NCBI RefSeq assembly: GCF_024521635.1
Contig: NW_026250405.1
Coordinates: 186,001-250,000, forward strand
DNA: 64,000 nt
Origin: Tricharina praecox
Lineage: Eukaryota
Reading direction: 5' to 3'
Made by a program: the position numbers and the translations under genes. This document shows positions 1-12,765 of this stretch, piece after piece. Below the pieces are notes generated by a model, which was not told the DNA's origin, searched no databases, and saw only the letters and a program-made list of their open reading frames with translations. How positions within the stretch are numbered: position 1 is the stretch's first letter; every line of letters starts with the position of its first letter.

Positions 1-2281
1 TGTGGCTCAGTGACTTTGCTGTGGCCGCCGAGGCCGGAATCCGCCTGCCGGGCAGAGCCGCACAGCCGGTTTCGAATGAGCACGGAATGGCTGGCGCTTC
101 GCTGTAATGAGCACTATGACCGCAGACGCGCAATGTAGCTCTAGAAGCCAGTTTACTCTATCTCGACTGCTCGACTTCCCGACGGACTGGCTACACCTGT
201 ATCGCGTAGATTAATCGTCAATTGCCTTCATCTGCCATGTGTGATAGAGTAGAGTGATGGCGTGGTTCGGTTCTGCTACATAGCGGTCAGCGGTATTCAT
301 CCGCGTGCGGCTCGTCTCGGCCAAATAGGCTGTGTTGGGGCCCGCGACAGCAAGGTACCACCTGATTGATATGTAGTTTCACCAGCAAACTCAATCCGCA
401 TTGACATCGTCACGCTTTTTGCTACTCTGCACCGTACGTGTGGGGAGACCTTGTGTGCCGCCTGAGAACGCCGTACAAACGCAACGTCAATGCCGCCTTT
501 CCCACCGAACATCAATTTAACCTGGCCTTCTGCCCATCACCAGTGCCCTCACACGGCACTCCCGGACGGCCGGATGCTCTTGTATCATCGAAAGATATGC
601 TTTTCGAAGCTACAGTACAGAGCTGATGAAGCCTGATGCCGCTTCGGCCCGGTCGGCCGGATGGCTCGATTGCTCCCCACCCTCCATTATCCGTGTAGAT
701 ACCCTGGAGTGCCGCGCCCCATGGAGCTCTCCGGGGTGGCATCCATCTCGCGCCGTATGGCTTGAGTGCCGATCCTGCACGTGGGTGATGCTTGAACATA
801 CCTTAAAGCTTCATCGAATCATCCGCATGTAGAAGAGATCAACCGTGATGTAGCTCGTGTCGCTTCTAGCACGGCTAAAAGAAGCCTGCCTCCCGCCGAA
901 GAATCTGTGCTAAAATCGGGCAAACCCACTGAGACACAGGCCTCCCGTGTGGCCCAAGGGCGTGAATAGGCTGATGCTTGTGCGTCTTTGTCTGGATATG
1001 AGTTTGATCGAAGAGTCTCGACGTCGGATAATGCGAAGAAGCAATGTGAAACGGCTATGTATCTCCCTGCAGAAGCGGACAGTTTCTTGAATCTCGGCAG
1101 CGCAAGCGTGTGTAGCGAAAGGCTCCCCCAGCTCGTGCAGTTGTCTTCCCTCTATGCATACCCTCGATTCCGAGCCGGACTGCCACCGATTCAGGCTGCA
1201 ATCATCCCCCTTCGAGCCGGTGAGCTCGAGACTCTTCGACAGCAAGCACGCTTCGGCAGTTCGAGGTTCGGCATAGGTAGTTAACATCGGGCCAACGGAA
1301 GCTAAGGAAATCAAACTTGAACCGGAAGATCTGAAGATCGGAGCCCCCGAATGTTCCCCGGATAAATTGTTGGTGCCGGCTCGACTGCCTTAGGTCGTCA
1401 GCTATCTCCAACAAGCTTCCTGGCGTTTAGGCCGGTAAAGGTGTCGACCTCCACAGCACGGTTGAACTCTCTCTTGAACACGAGTGCCGGCCAAAGCTGG
1501 CAGCCCTATGATCTCAGCTTTTCGATAAGAGTAGAGTCGTCCGTCCGTCTTCACCGTCGTGATTCGAAATTGCTGGCCGGCATACAGTCGCAATTGCTGC
1601 CGTACTGAGAATCGACCGTCTCTCGCACGAGCTTTCAGCGTTGGAGGTGGTCTCGCCGGATTGTCCGTCCTGTCCCCACAATGGTGAGGAATATCAAAGT
1701 CGAGATGGAGTTGGTATCTCTTGACGTCATTGTCCGTGGTGATGAAGTCGAAACAAAGCTCCGAAGTCAGAAAATAAAAAAAGAAAGAGCGGAAGCAGCA
1801 AAGCTTATGTTCTTTCAGCTGGCACCCAAGCCTCGGAATTCGCTTCTCCCCCGCACCCTTGCAATGCTGAACCTAAAAGGCAACTGAACAGCTACTTCGG
1901 TACTTCGGGGAAATCGATGCCACTCTACTTTAATTCCAACTAACACGATAGCTACCCGCGACGATGGATGCAGGCTGGCGGGCTTTAGTGAGCGCGCGGA
2001 TGGCATAGTTAGTTAGCAAAGTATAACTTCTGTCTGATGTGCATGCGTTCTCCATCGTCAGCAGCATCGACTTCTGCCTGGCGCAACTGATGTAACATAA
2101 CGCTCGCAGTCCTAAGCCTGCTTACTCTGGAGGCGAGGTCGGCCGGTCGATCGGTCGCTTGGTCGGCCAGCCAACCACCACCATCCACAACCATGCAGCG
2201 TCCGTAGGTAGATACCCACATCACCAGCAGCACCATCACCCATTCGCCATCCCCAGCCTCAACCCTCCACCCGCACACGCA

Positions 2282-2349
2282 ACCACCACCACCACCACCA
2301 GCAGCGTTCACCACCACCACCACCACCACCACCACCACCACCACCACCG
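2282..2349 (+). repeat. (CAC)n trinucleotide microsatellite just upstream of the ATG at 2377
   Basis: Interrupted ACC/CAC run seen directly. Confidence 0.9.
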
Positions 2350-2376
2350 CCGGGCCCACGAAACTCACTCAGAACG

Positions 2377-3314
2377 ATGACGACGCACCACAGCCCCAGC
2401 CTGGGCAAACGTATCGGACAATTCGCGATCGACCTGTCGGTCGCGATTCTGTGCTGCCCATGCATAGCGTGCGTCTTGATCCTGCGGACGGGGCGGTCGC
2501 GGGGGGTGCGGGCGACGACACACCACGTCCTTTTGACCGCGTCCGCGCCCCCGCCAGCGTACATCTCGATCCCCGACCCGTCGAACGAAAACTCCGTCGT
2601 CGTCGACAAGCTCATGGACCACCTCATGCACGAGGGGAACCGGGTGTTCCATCTGCGCCCCGACACAGGCGTCCTGGAGTCTGGGAATCTCGCCGCCGCA
2701 CATTCCGGCTTCGAGGTCGTCGGGAAACCAACGTTGGTTGCGACCCTGCCGAGGGAGAAGTGGCGCCCGCTGCTGGCGCAGTTCATGAGTGCGAGAGATC
2801 AGATTACGGAGAACAGTGGGGGCGCGTGGAAGGGGAAGGAGAAGAAGAGTAGGTGGGCGAAGAGGGAGAAGAGCTGGGTTGACAGGTGCTGCGAAGTGCT
2901 GAAGGAGTGGGGCGAGCAGAAGGGGAGTGTCGAGGATGGCGGGTGGTTCGAGGTTTGGAGTGCCGATGTCACCACGCCTCAGGTGGCTGCGGTGGTGGAT
3001 CAGAAAATCGCCGGCGCGGGAGTTGACGTTCAGTTTGTGAGTGGCCTTTTATACAGTTTTATCGGTTTCCCGCTAACTGGTGGCAGGCGCACGATATGAA
3101 ATACATGTGGGCATCACGGGCCGTCGCACGCGATCAGGCGTTGATCTGGTTCACGACCACAACTCCGGTACAGGATCTGTTTGAGGGCTCGTGGCAGGAC
3201 GACTTCGTGCACGGCCAGGCTGATGGCATTCACGTGGACGTCAGTGGGTGGTTCAGGCTCGTCGGTCCGCGGATGTCGACTGATAGTGGACGTGCCGATG
3301 ACATAATCATATAG
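2377..3314 (+). CDS. Hypothetical protein, 2 exons (intron 3037-3086)
   Basis: 240-aa ORF joins ORF 3096-3314 in frame through a GTGAGT...GCTAAC...CAG intron (VQF|AHDMKYMW). Confidence 0.7.
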
Positions 3315-3457
3315 CTCTCTCCCTCTCTCTCTGTCTCTCTCTCTCTCTCTTTTCTCACTTCTGGTTTGATATGATATGTTTGCGTTGGTGCGCTGGTACG
3401 ATCGATGGATTGTTTGTTTACATAACGAAATGGCTCTCTAAACTAAAGAATCAAAAG

Positions 3458-4505
3458 TCATGGTTTAATCGCATAGATCTGGTACGCCCCCACATACTCG
3501 TTCAGATCGAGCTTCTCGAGCCTCTCGCGGTACGCACTGCCCGTGGCCCCCTGGGTTTCGGCCGTGTCTCTAACATCAGCTCCGCAGCAACCTTACCGCC
3601 GTCAATATCGCAAACCAACACAGACGAAGGGGAAACTTACCATTCTCCTTCAACTCCGGCTTCGGCTTCGGCTTCGGCTTCGCCGCACAGCACGCCGCCC
3701 CAGCATCCGCAACATCAACCGCATCTTGCGAGAGAATCCCCTCCTTGTAGACGTTCAAGTCACTCTTCGTATCGACAAACACCACATCTGTGCGCCTTCA
3801 TTAGTCTCCCACCTCCCTCGCGGCATCGCACGCACCTTTAAACCCCACCCCCCTCAACCACGCCTCATACTCGTCGACCCTACTCGCGCCCGCCACGCAT
3901 CCAACCAGCAGTGCCGCATCGCTCCTGACCATCTCAGGCAACTCCCCCCTCGCCAGCAAATCCGACACCGCCAGCCGTCCTCCACTCTTCAGCAACCTCC
4001 AGCACTCCTCAAACACCTTCTTTTTCTCCTCCTGCGGCACAAGATTAATAACACAATTACTAACCACCACATCCGCGCACCCACTATCCAGGGGCACAGC
4101 CGTCACCCTCGCCAGAACAAACTCGACATTCCCGTACCCCCCCTTTTCCGCATTTCTGCGTGCAAGCGTAACCATGGCGGGCGTCATATCCACACCTATA
4201 GCGCGGCCCGTGGCGCCAACAAACGGCGATGCGAGGAATACGTCCAGCCCCCCGCCGGAACCGAGGTCCACGATCGTCTCGCCAGGCTGCAGGTGCGCGA
4301 GTGCTAGGGGGTTACCACAGGATACGCCGAGGTTTGAGGTACCCGGGAGAGTGGAAAGGGAGAGGGCGGTGTAGCCGAAGCTACGAGCTACGAGGTCGTT
4401 GGTGCGGGAGGTGGAGGGAGATTGCTGCGAGATGTGTGAAGTGTAGGCGCTTGAGATGAGCGCGTATGTGCCATCGGAAGTGGAGGGGGTGGGGCGGGTG
4501 GACAT
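3458..4505 (-). CDS. arsM: Arsenite S-adenosylmethionine methyltransferase (AS3MT/ArsM family), 3 exons
   Basis: Motifs LGVSCGNP, SAM-binding VDLGSGGGLD, IGVDMT, SNCVINL and VGCVAGA, a CC pair, and the fungal C-terminus LDLNEYVGAYQIYAIKP*. Introns 3835-3788 and 3640-3568. Confidence 0.92.
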
Positions 4506-5244
4506 CGTGCGGTTTGCGGGGGGCGGGGGTTGTGGCGTGGATTTCGGGGGCTGCTAGGAACTACCGGTATATATGGAGCTCGAGGACACTTCTTTGTACG
4601 GTACCTATATTATACCAGAGCTGGGTGTGTCACTGCGACGCTGCTATTGGTCCGAGTATGCATATTATCATATCATACATGCAGAAGTACTGTACATACA
4701 TCCTGACTCAAACGCCTTGCTTTCAAATTGCAAAATTGCAATGGAGCTCGAAGCGATATCATAAGCTTTTGGATCTAGTCTCCAGGCAAACATGCGCTTT
4801 TGCAATCAGCATCTGGAGGCTACAGGGCGATACATAATAGGTTTTTTCTTCGGCTGGTTGAGAACTTGAGATCTGCACGCAATGTAGCAGGGGGAGCGAG
4901 TGATTATACATGCTGCTTGCAACACCGTCGAGTATCACCACGTAACGTACCAAACGAAAAGAAAACCGATGACGGAGAAGCTCCATACTTCCTATTGCTA
5001 CTCATACAAAGCTGGTCCGCAATCACGCTCCTCTGTGCCTTAAAAATGACTGCTTTAACTTTTGCGCCGCTGTCGGGGTGGGTAGAGTAGAATCCGCCCA
5101 CCTGGGTCTAGCGGACACAATTCACGCCTGTTCTCGTGGGGGAGCGGTGTATTGCAAGGTTTTTTCTGTTTTCTGGTTCTGGTTTGGAGGTTTGGGAGGT
5201 TTGGGGAGATTTGGGGAGATCGTCTGGGACATGGAGCAGTGACT

Positions 5245-5287
5245 AGTGAGTGAGTGAGTGAGCGAGTGAGTGAGTGAGTGAGTGAGT
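5245..5287 (+). repeat. (GAGT)n microsatellite (second copy near 28093-28125)
   Basis: Seen directly. Confidence 0.85.
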
Positions 5288-5958
5288 TTGCCTTTCTTTG
5301 CTGCTCCTTGGGTTTCTTTTGCCTATCGTTTGGAATTACAGTACATATAAATGGATACCTGCCTCATCACAACACATTAATCAATTGATGGATGTTCTAC
5401 AAGTTGGATGCACGAGAAGAACCGACGCCGGAGAAGTATGTACAAGAGAACGTTTGCATTGGCAGCCATCGTGTTCTTCAAGGACTTTACCAGGACAGGA
5501 CAGCAAAGCAGAGATTCGTAGCCGTCTCGAATTGTTAGAGTATCCACCCATCCCCGAATCACTTCCGTACGTGCTTGGGATGCTTACACAGCAGATTCTA
5601 CTCGCACTCGCCAACGCGACGAGTGACACGTAATGAAGGAGATGTGTGATGTTCCGCTACACTGCATAGCGTCATGGCCAGCGCCGATTCGGGAGAAGTC
5701 TCGGAGTTTGGACTCTGTTTGTTCTGCTGGCCAGACTCTCCCAGCCGGTCAATCACGGCCGGACGATCACGGCGACGACGGCGAAGACGGCAGAATGCAT
5801 AGCAGCTGCGTCAAAGCCGAGGGCTCGGCCATGATTCATGATTCATGAGGTATGTACATACGAAACAGAAAACAGAAAACGGGAAGGAAATGGCAAGGCA
5901 AGTAAGGCAAGTATCACCCTTCCCAGCCGTGTGTGAGACAGTGAGTGACACACCCGAG

Positions 5959-6036
5959 CTTCGAAGCTGTGTTCCGAAGCTGGGTTCCGGAGCTGTATTC
6001 CGAAGCTGTATTCCGAAGCAGTATTCCGAAGCGGTA
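5959..6036 (+). repeat. 13-bp minisatellite, about 6 copies of TTCCGAAGCTGTA
   Basis: ttccgaagctggg ttccggagctgta ttccgaagctgta ttccgaagcagta ttccgaagcggta seen directly. Confidence 0.85.
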
Positions 6037-6650
6037 CCTACCGGTGTTATCGCTCCCGCCGCTGCCGAACGGCTGAAAGGATGATACTGCATTCTGCCCT
6101 GCTCCCGGGCTTCCGCTCTACCTGCCAGGCCAGATTGTACATACATCTCGTCCGTCCATTCGTTGGCCCCGACTCCCCTGGGCGGAGATATTCCCGAATT
6201 ACACGGACATAAGTTGTCACCCATTATCGACTTTTCGGATTGGGGTCGGCAAGTGAATTGTCCTCCGAAACGCTAGAGTAGTTATCTCTCGCTTTGCTTG
6301 TGAGGAAGTGGGTCGCTGCTAATGAGTCTCTCGTCCGAACGGCGGACAGATAGGACAGGATATAGTTCAGAATATGTATTATGCCATGATCTAGGTAGTT
6401 CGGCCAAAGGCTCCACGATGAAACAAACAAATCGCCGCCAATAAAGCATGATGAAAACAATACGGAAGGATATGTGACAGATTCGCGATACTGCACTGTC
6501 GTGCAGATCAGTATGATAGGAGGAAAACACGAACCCAGCACCTGCTCCAAATTTCAATAAAGATTTGGTGAGGAAAACCCGCCGAAAGCAAAAGCGCACA
6601 TCACACTCCCCCCTCCACATTCCAGCTTACCCTCGACATAGCTCTCCGTA

Positions 6651-7545
6651 TTAATCCCCCACGCAACACCCACTATCCTCGGACCTTCTCCTATCTCCCA
6701 TATGCTCGAACCAGGCGTCATCGCCCTCATCCCTGGTGACAGACGGGCCCCCTCGCTGCACAAAGTCGACCTCCCAGTCGCCGTGGAAAACATCGTCCGT
6801 GTGCCGCTCCACATCCGGCCCGTCCATCGACGTAAACGGCGACTCCCGTATCGTCCAGCGAAACTGGAGCGTGCCTTCTTCCTACATTCCATACGCTGTT
6901 AGTGTGCGGGGTGTGGAGCGGGGGTGGGGGGTGGGGGGTGGGGGAGAGGGGGAGTACGGTTATGACAGTCTTATTCCCGAAGGTGGTACCGCACAGCTGG
7001 CGAATATCGACATTGAGAGTGGCATGCCAGACCTCGAACGCCTCATTATCCTCCGCATCCCCAGCATCCCCACCAGCTCCAGCACCCCCAACCTGCGGCC
7101 ACCTCCCCAGCTCCCCCACCACAGCCGCATCCCACCCGCGCCAGCTCCCCCAGCTCCCCCAGCTCCCCCACGGCCTACCTCTGATCCTCCGCCGGGCGTC
7201 CTTCATGAACTGCAGCAGCGGGCGGAACGCGTGCCCTTGCAGCACCGCTACCCGCTCTATCGCCACTACCCGCTCCATCCTCGCGAGCGCAGCGAGCATA
7301 TCGGGCGCAGCGAGCTCGGCGAGCATGGGCACAGCCCCGAGCGCGCAACTTTCCAGCCCGCGCCTTGTGGCGAGGAACAAGCGGTTCGACGCGCAGAACA
7401 GTGGGTTGTGCGCGCCCGACTGTGGGTGCAACGGGGATGAGGCCAGAAGGATCTGCCGTGGTGAGGAGGGGACGAGGATTATTACCGCTGTTGGGGTTGA
7501 TGTTGGGGAAGAGTGGCGGAGGCGGTGGAGGCGGCGGATGCGCAT
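6651..7545 (-). CDS. Hypothetical protein, probably 2 exons
   Basis: Long GC-rich minus ORF (MRIRRLH...GNKTVIT), a C-rich GTACTC...ACTAAC...TAG intron, then a protein-like exon EEGTLQFRWTIRESPF...GCCVGD*. Start codon uncertain. Confidence 0.5.
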
Positions 7546-8313
7546 CGTGGTGGAGTGGGGAGTGGGGAGGGAGGCATTGAGGTGGTGGGATGGGGTTGGT
7601 GATGTACGAACGGTGGTGGGCCTACGTTCGTGTAACCGTCGCCTGTAGGCAGCCGGGGTGAGATACGCACGGCGATTGGCGATTGGGCCCCGGGATAGTG
7701 AGGCGTGGCCTGTGGCCTGTGGGGGTTGGTGCAGATATGTAGTTATCCCGGGGGCTTGGGCAATTGCAGGGCTGAATGCTCGCTCTCGATGTTGTGCATG
7801 GTGACAGCTAACAGACACATGCTCTACATACAGAGTTGGATACGGATAATGGCGATCTCATGTCGGCCCCGCCCCACGCCTTGTCTCTCGGCCAAGAGAC
7901 ATGTTGGGTTAGGTATTAAAGCGAAGGCACCCCCGCCCCGCAGCTCAATCGCTCGCCGTTTCGAATCCCCTGGGTTTCCAATGTCCATACCGACTCCGAC
8001 CATTTTCGAACAAATATCACTCGACCTGCCAATTTGGATCCTGAAGGATGCCTGAATCTCACCAGTTTTTGCCATACGGTCACGGGTACACATCACATCA
8101 CATCACATCACATCACGGAGCTCTCCCGGTCCGGTTCATTCAACAAGATCATTCATATCGTGACAATCTCATTATCCTCGTAGGTATCGCGCTGAACATG
8201 CATGGATCCGATATAGCAGGAAGAAAAAGAAAAAAAAGACAGATAACCACCCAGCCAGCCGTTCGTTACACGCGCAACCCATCCATCCATCCATCCATCC
8301 ATCCACCAACCGT

Positions 8314-10154
8314 CTACTCGATATACCTAAACTCTGGATGGCGATAGCCGAGTTTCCTAGCCTCGACCTCGGACATCCCCTGGATCCTCTGGTCACGATC
8401 GCCGCGCGCGCGCTTGTTGTTCTCCCAGCGACAGTAGAACACGCCAACGAGTGCGATGAGTGCCGCGCACGCTTGCGCACCAAGGTTCATGCTGTGTCCT
8501 GTGATGTAGTTTGGCGCATCCGACGGGATGTAGGTCCATGTCGCCAGGATCGCGCCGAATGTGCCGATGGATACGATGTAGGCGCTGGAGACGGCGCGGA
8601 TCGTGGGGCCGGCGGCGTCTGTGCAATTGGTTAGCTGTGTGGGAGAGAGGGAGCAGGGAAAAGGGGGGATAGTACTGTTGATTCCCCAGGAGAGGAAGAT
8701 GGGGCCGAGCGGATAGCAGCCCAGCGCGCAGAAGAAGACGGCCATGTATTTAACGCCCGCCTTATCGGTGGAGATGAGGATTGCGTAGCCGACGATGGCA
8801 CAGATGGAGTGGCCTATTGCGAAGATGCCGCGCTTCTTGTAGCGGTCGCTGAGCCACGAGACGAAGATGGACCAAGCGGCGGCAAGGACATAGGGAGGCA
8901 CGGTGAGCAGCTGGGCCTTGGTCGAGGTCCACCCAAGTGCCTTGAGAATGGTCGGCATGAACAGAGCGAGCGATTGCACCGATACGTTGTTGAAGAAGAA
9001 GCCGAGCGCGCAGAGGAGGTTGTTGATGTTGAAGATTCCGCGCTTGACGTGGACCATCTGCGTCTTCTCCGCAGCGTTCTCGCGGGAATCGCGGTGCAGC
9101 CGCTCCATCGCGATGTACTTTTGCCGGGGTGTCAGGAAGTTGCACGTCTCGGGCGATGTGTACATGTAGAAGTAGCAGACGACGGCGATCGCCATGGTGG
9201 CGAGTCCTTCGAAGAAGAAGATGTTACGCCACGAGTGGATGGGAGTGGAGCTGATTCCCCACTGTGGGATTCGACTGTATCGTACGTAGTTAGTACATAC
9301 CCTCATGGGGGAGCTCTTGAAGGCTCTGTTTTTGATTTGATACTCACGCTAAACCCGTAGCCAGCAGACCTCCGAAGGCACCGGACATGGAACTGGCCGA
9401 GATGAAGATTCCAATGCGGAACATCAATTCTCCACGGCGGTAGAAGTTGCTGAGGAAGAAGGCGATGCCGGGCATCGTGCCTCCCTCGAACAGCCCGAGG
9501 AATGCACGGGCAATGTAAAGATGCGTGTGCGTCTGGACGAAAGAGGTGCATAGCGAGCAGAATCCGAAGGCAAACACAAGGAAAGGGACTTTTCCGAGAG
9601 TTAGCTTTTGCTGATGGCGGGGGAATGCTGCCGGGGGTGCCTACTGAAGACCTTTGCTCCAACCCATTTCAAGAGGATATTGCTTGGCACTTCGACACTG
9701 TGGATGTCAGAAACCAGGAGTGGGGGGAGGTGGGGGCAGTTCTTGTGGGTCAGCTGCCGGATGAGACATACAGGAGGTATGGAATGTAGAAGATGGTCAA
9801 AGCCCAGTTGAAACGGAAACCCGTGAGCCACAGGTCTTCCTGCATTCCCTGGATGCGAGCATTCCCGACATTTGCTCTGCAACGGTGTTAGTGGCAACAC
9901 TCTTCCACTATACGCACTAGCCTTGCAAGCCGGAGGAAAGGAACGCACCTGTCGAGGAAACATAGCAAGTACAGAACGGTGACGAGCGGCACAATGTACC
10001 AGTCCATCCTATTCCTCAGGGTTTTCTCCTCCTCATCCGTCCATTCATTATCGATGCCGCCGGGTCCACCGGACGAGGTAGGGGTGTTTTGGCCTGGGAG
10101 GGTCTTTTCGAGCTCCGAAGCAGTGGCTTTCTCGTGATCGGTGACGGACGACAT
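8314..10154 (-). CDS. MFS transporter, anion:cation symporter family (Dal5/Tna1-like), about 6 exons
   Basis: Spliced motifs LYLLCFLDR|ANVGNARI, EVPSNILLK, RAFLGLFEGG, FYRRGELMFRI, WRNIFFFEG, AQLLTVPPY, WENNKR and LGYRHPEFRY. Confidence 0.95.
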
Positions 10155-12722
10155 TCTGGCCTAACTATGGGTTGATGTCGAGTATGTAACTGGAGTCGAG
10201 TCTTGTCCAAGGTTCCAACCGCGGTCCACACAGAAGGCGATAAGGACACAGAGGGAGGGCAGTGTTCAAACCCGTTGAAGGGGGGGACGGCGGGGATCTT
10301 TAACTGCGAAGCATTTTTGAATTCACTCGGTGGTGCAGGGGCAATATCAAGCACTACTGCCCCAGACGCTAGCGTCTGCGATTGGGGAGGCATGTAGCTA
10401 CTCTGCGGCCCATGCTAGCAAGCCGCCATCACGCATCGCCGAGTATGGGGTAAAAGCCAGAGTGCAACACAGCACCGAAGAGCGAAGAGCGCAGCGCGAA
10501 GCAAGCAAGCCAACCGCCAACCGCCAGGGATTGGCGACGGCGGACGGTGGATATTCTCCACCACTGAGCAGACGGGTTTCCAGCCCATCCTTGTCTGCGA
10601 CACGGTTATTCGCAAGCAGCGGCGTCGACTTTCGGCATGTGGGTACGTCGGTTTTTTCGGCGGTGGGAGGCAGTTGCCTGTTTTGCGACCATTCGAACCC
10701 CCCCCCCAGTTCGGGCTAGATGCGACGGTCCTCCGCATTCCGCCTAGAGGATCCAGGTATCAGTGGTACATACTGACCTACTCTACTTTATACCCCACAT
10801 TGCTCGCGACGTCGGTACGCCGAGTAGGAGCCAATCCTTGTCGGAAACATTCAAGTATCGAGTGCAGAAAACGTGGTATGTACACAACGGGCGCTTGTGG
10901 GCAGCAGCAGTACGTGCGTGCGGAGGTACATACATGGAGCAGATGCCTTGGGTACGCCCGAGACAGCGATCGTGACATATCGGGCTGTGTTATAGGTGGC
11001 GGTGGATGGCTGTGTATGCGGCACTATCTCGAACGACCTATTCCTCACCGTTCTGCCGGGCCCCACATCGTATGCAGTCCGGCATTGGGCTGGCGCGCGT
11101 GCACGATCGTATGTATGCACCGGTATTGGTATCGACCCCTTCTCGCCGGCCTCGTGATCTCGTGATCCCAGCTCACCCCGTCGAGGTCGGAGGAATGAAG
11201 ATGGAGCTTCACTCCCGAGCTGACCAACATACGTCCTGTAACCTGCTGCGGGAGTGGACGCATCACCGCAGCGCTCCAGCATCGAGATCCAGCAGCGGCA
11301 ACGAGCGTCATGCAGCCGCGCAAGGGAAGCGCACTTCCTTCCACCGCACTTCGCACTTCGCACTTCGCTTCAAGACATGCAAGGCTGCCTGCTGCTGCTG
11401 TACGGTATCTGCGGCAGTTGCCCGTGGCGCGAGAGCCCTGGCTTCATATCTCAGACAGCTGGAGTACCAGTACATAACCTCCCGGGCTCTATTGGCCATT
11501 CGCTCAACCAAGCCATCAGCCCCATCACCATTGGTTTCCTAATCTTCCCCACGGGGTCCGAATCCCGGGGAAGCCTGTCTTACTGTGGCGGCACCATCCC
11601 CGCAGTATTAAAAAACTGCGGGGTGTAGTGGGGGGTGGGGTGGGGGGAGGTTTAGTTTGCGCGGCACAGATATATATCTAAGCCCACTTCTTCACTGGCC
11701 CCCTTGGGCCCTAGCTTCGGTACCGCAATCTTGGTGGTGGTGATGCAGATGGCAGATGCGCACGTCAAAGCTGTGGTTGTGTGGTGGTTGTGTGGTCGTG
11801 TTACACCGCGGTAAGTTTCGGCCCGGGGTCCATAACCACCGTAACCGGGGGGTGGGAGAGGTGTGTGCTACTGTAATACCTAGACCCTGGATGGTTTTTG
11901 TTTCTTCGTTGTAACTTGTAAGAACTTCGCGTAAGCTTAGGTACCGTACATACCTGTATCTGGACTTATGTATTCAGGTATCCTGTTGACGGTAAATAGA
12001 CGTTCGGTCTGGTAACCCACCGCCTAACCCGTGACCACTGGCAACGACGCCTGGCCTGGCCTGGCTAAGTCATTCGGCTGCGCTTGCCTATCTTGGTACT
12101 GCCGAGTGATGGGCGGTGATATGGAATGAGTGGGAAACGGTGAGGGAGGAGTTGGTCGAAGGATCTGGCTATATATCATAGGATACGTTCGAAATCTACA
12201 CCCGCTTACAGAGATCGCTGTGGTGGATAGTAACTATGGGTATGTACGAGCCTGAAGTTCTAGTATCCTACAATCACAATCCCTTCAACCATCTCCAACG
12301 TTTCCGCTTGATGCATGATCTGCGCTTAGGGAGAGCAATGGGGGACTAGATCCTTTCCTTCGATCACGAGGCCACTACGGGGGAATATTTGCCCTTTCCC
12401 TTGCCCTTTGCCCTTTCACCACAGGCTACCAACGATCGCCCGGCAACCGAGAAAGCCTGAAGCCCCTCTGACCAGCAAGAGTACACCTCCTCCTCCTAAT
12501 GTACACAGTTCACACTCGCCTCCCTCCCGCACCTCGTATGCATGTAGTAGCAGTAGCGTCGGTGCTAGAGTTTACACCAATCCACTGGTCGAGACGGTCA
12601 GACAAGACTTGAATGCTCGTGTGGGGTACAGGTATACCGGTACATATCATCATATCCCGTTTTCTTCTTTCTTCGTTATGCTTCACCAAGGATGGATTGA
12701 TGGATTGAGGATTGATCACCTA

Positions 12723-12765
12723 CCTAGCATCTAGCATCTAGCATCTAGTATCTAGCATCTAGCAG
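12723..12765 (+). repeat. (TCTAGCA)n 7-bp tandem repeat
   Basis: ctagcat ctagcat ctagcat ctagtat ctagcat ctagca seen directly. Confidence 0.85.

Noticed and set aside
900..2100. Coding-like minus-strand fragments (ELCFDFITTDNDVKRYQL..., LEIADDLRQ...)
   Set aside because: Could not be assembled into a gene or assigned to a family; possibly a relic.
2159..2380. Poly-His ORF suggesting a metal-binding peptide near arsM
   Set aside because: No ATG in that frame; it is a by-product of the (CAC)n microsatellite.
3543..4307. Long antisense ORFs over arsM, the MFS gene, DBP5 and the DUF7726-like gene
   Set aside because: Expected shadows of GC-rich coding sequence.
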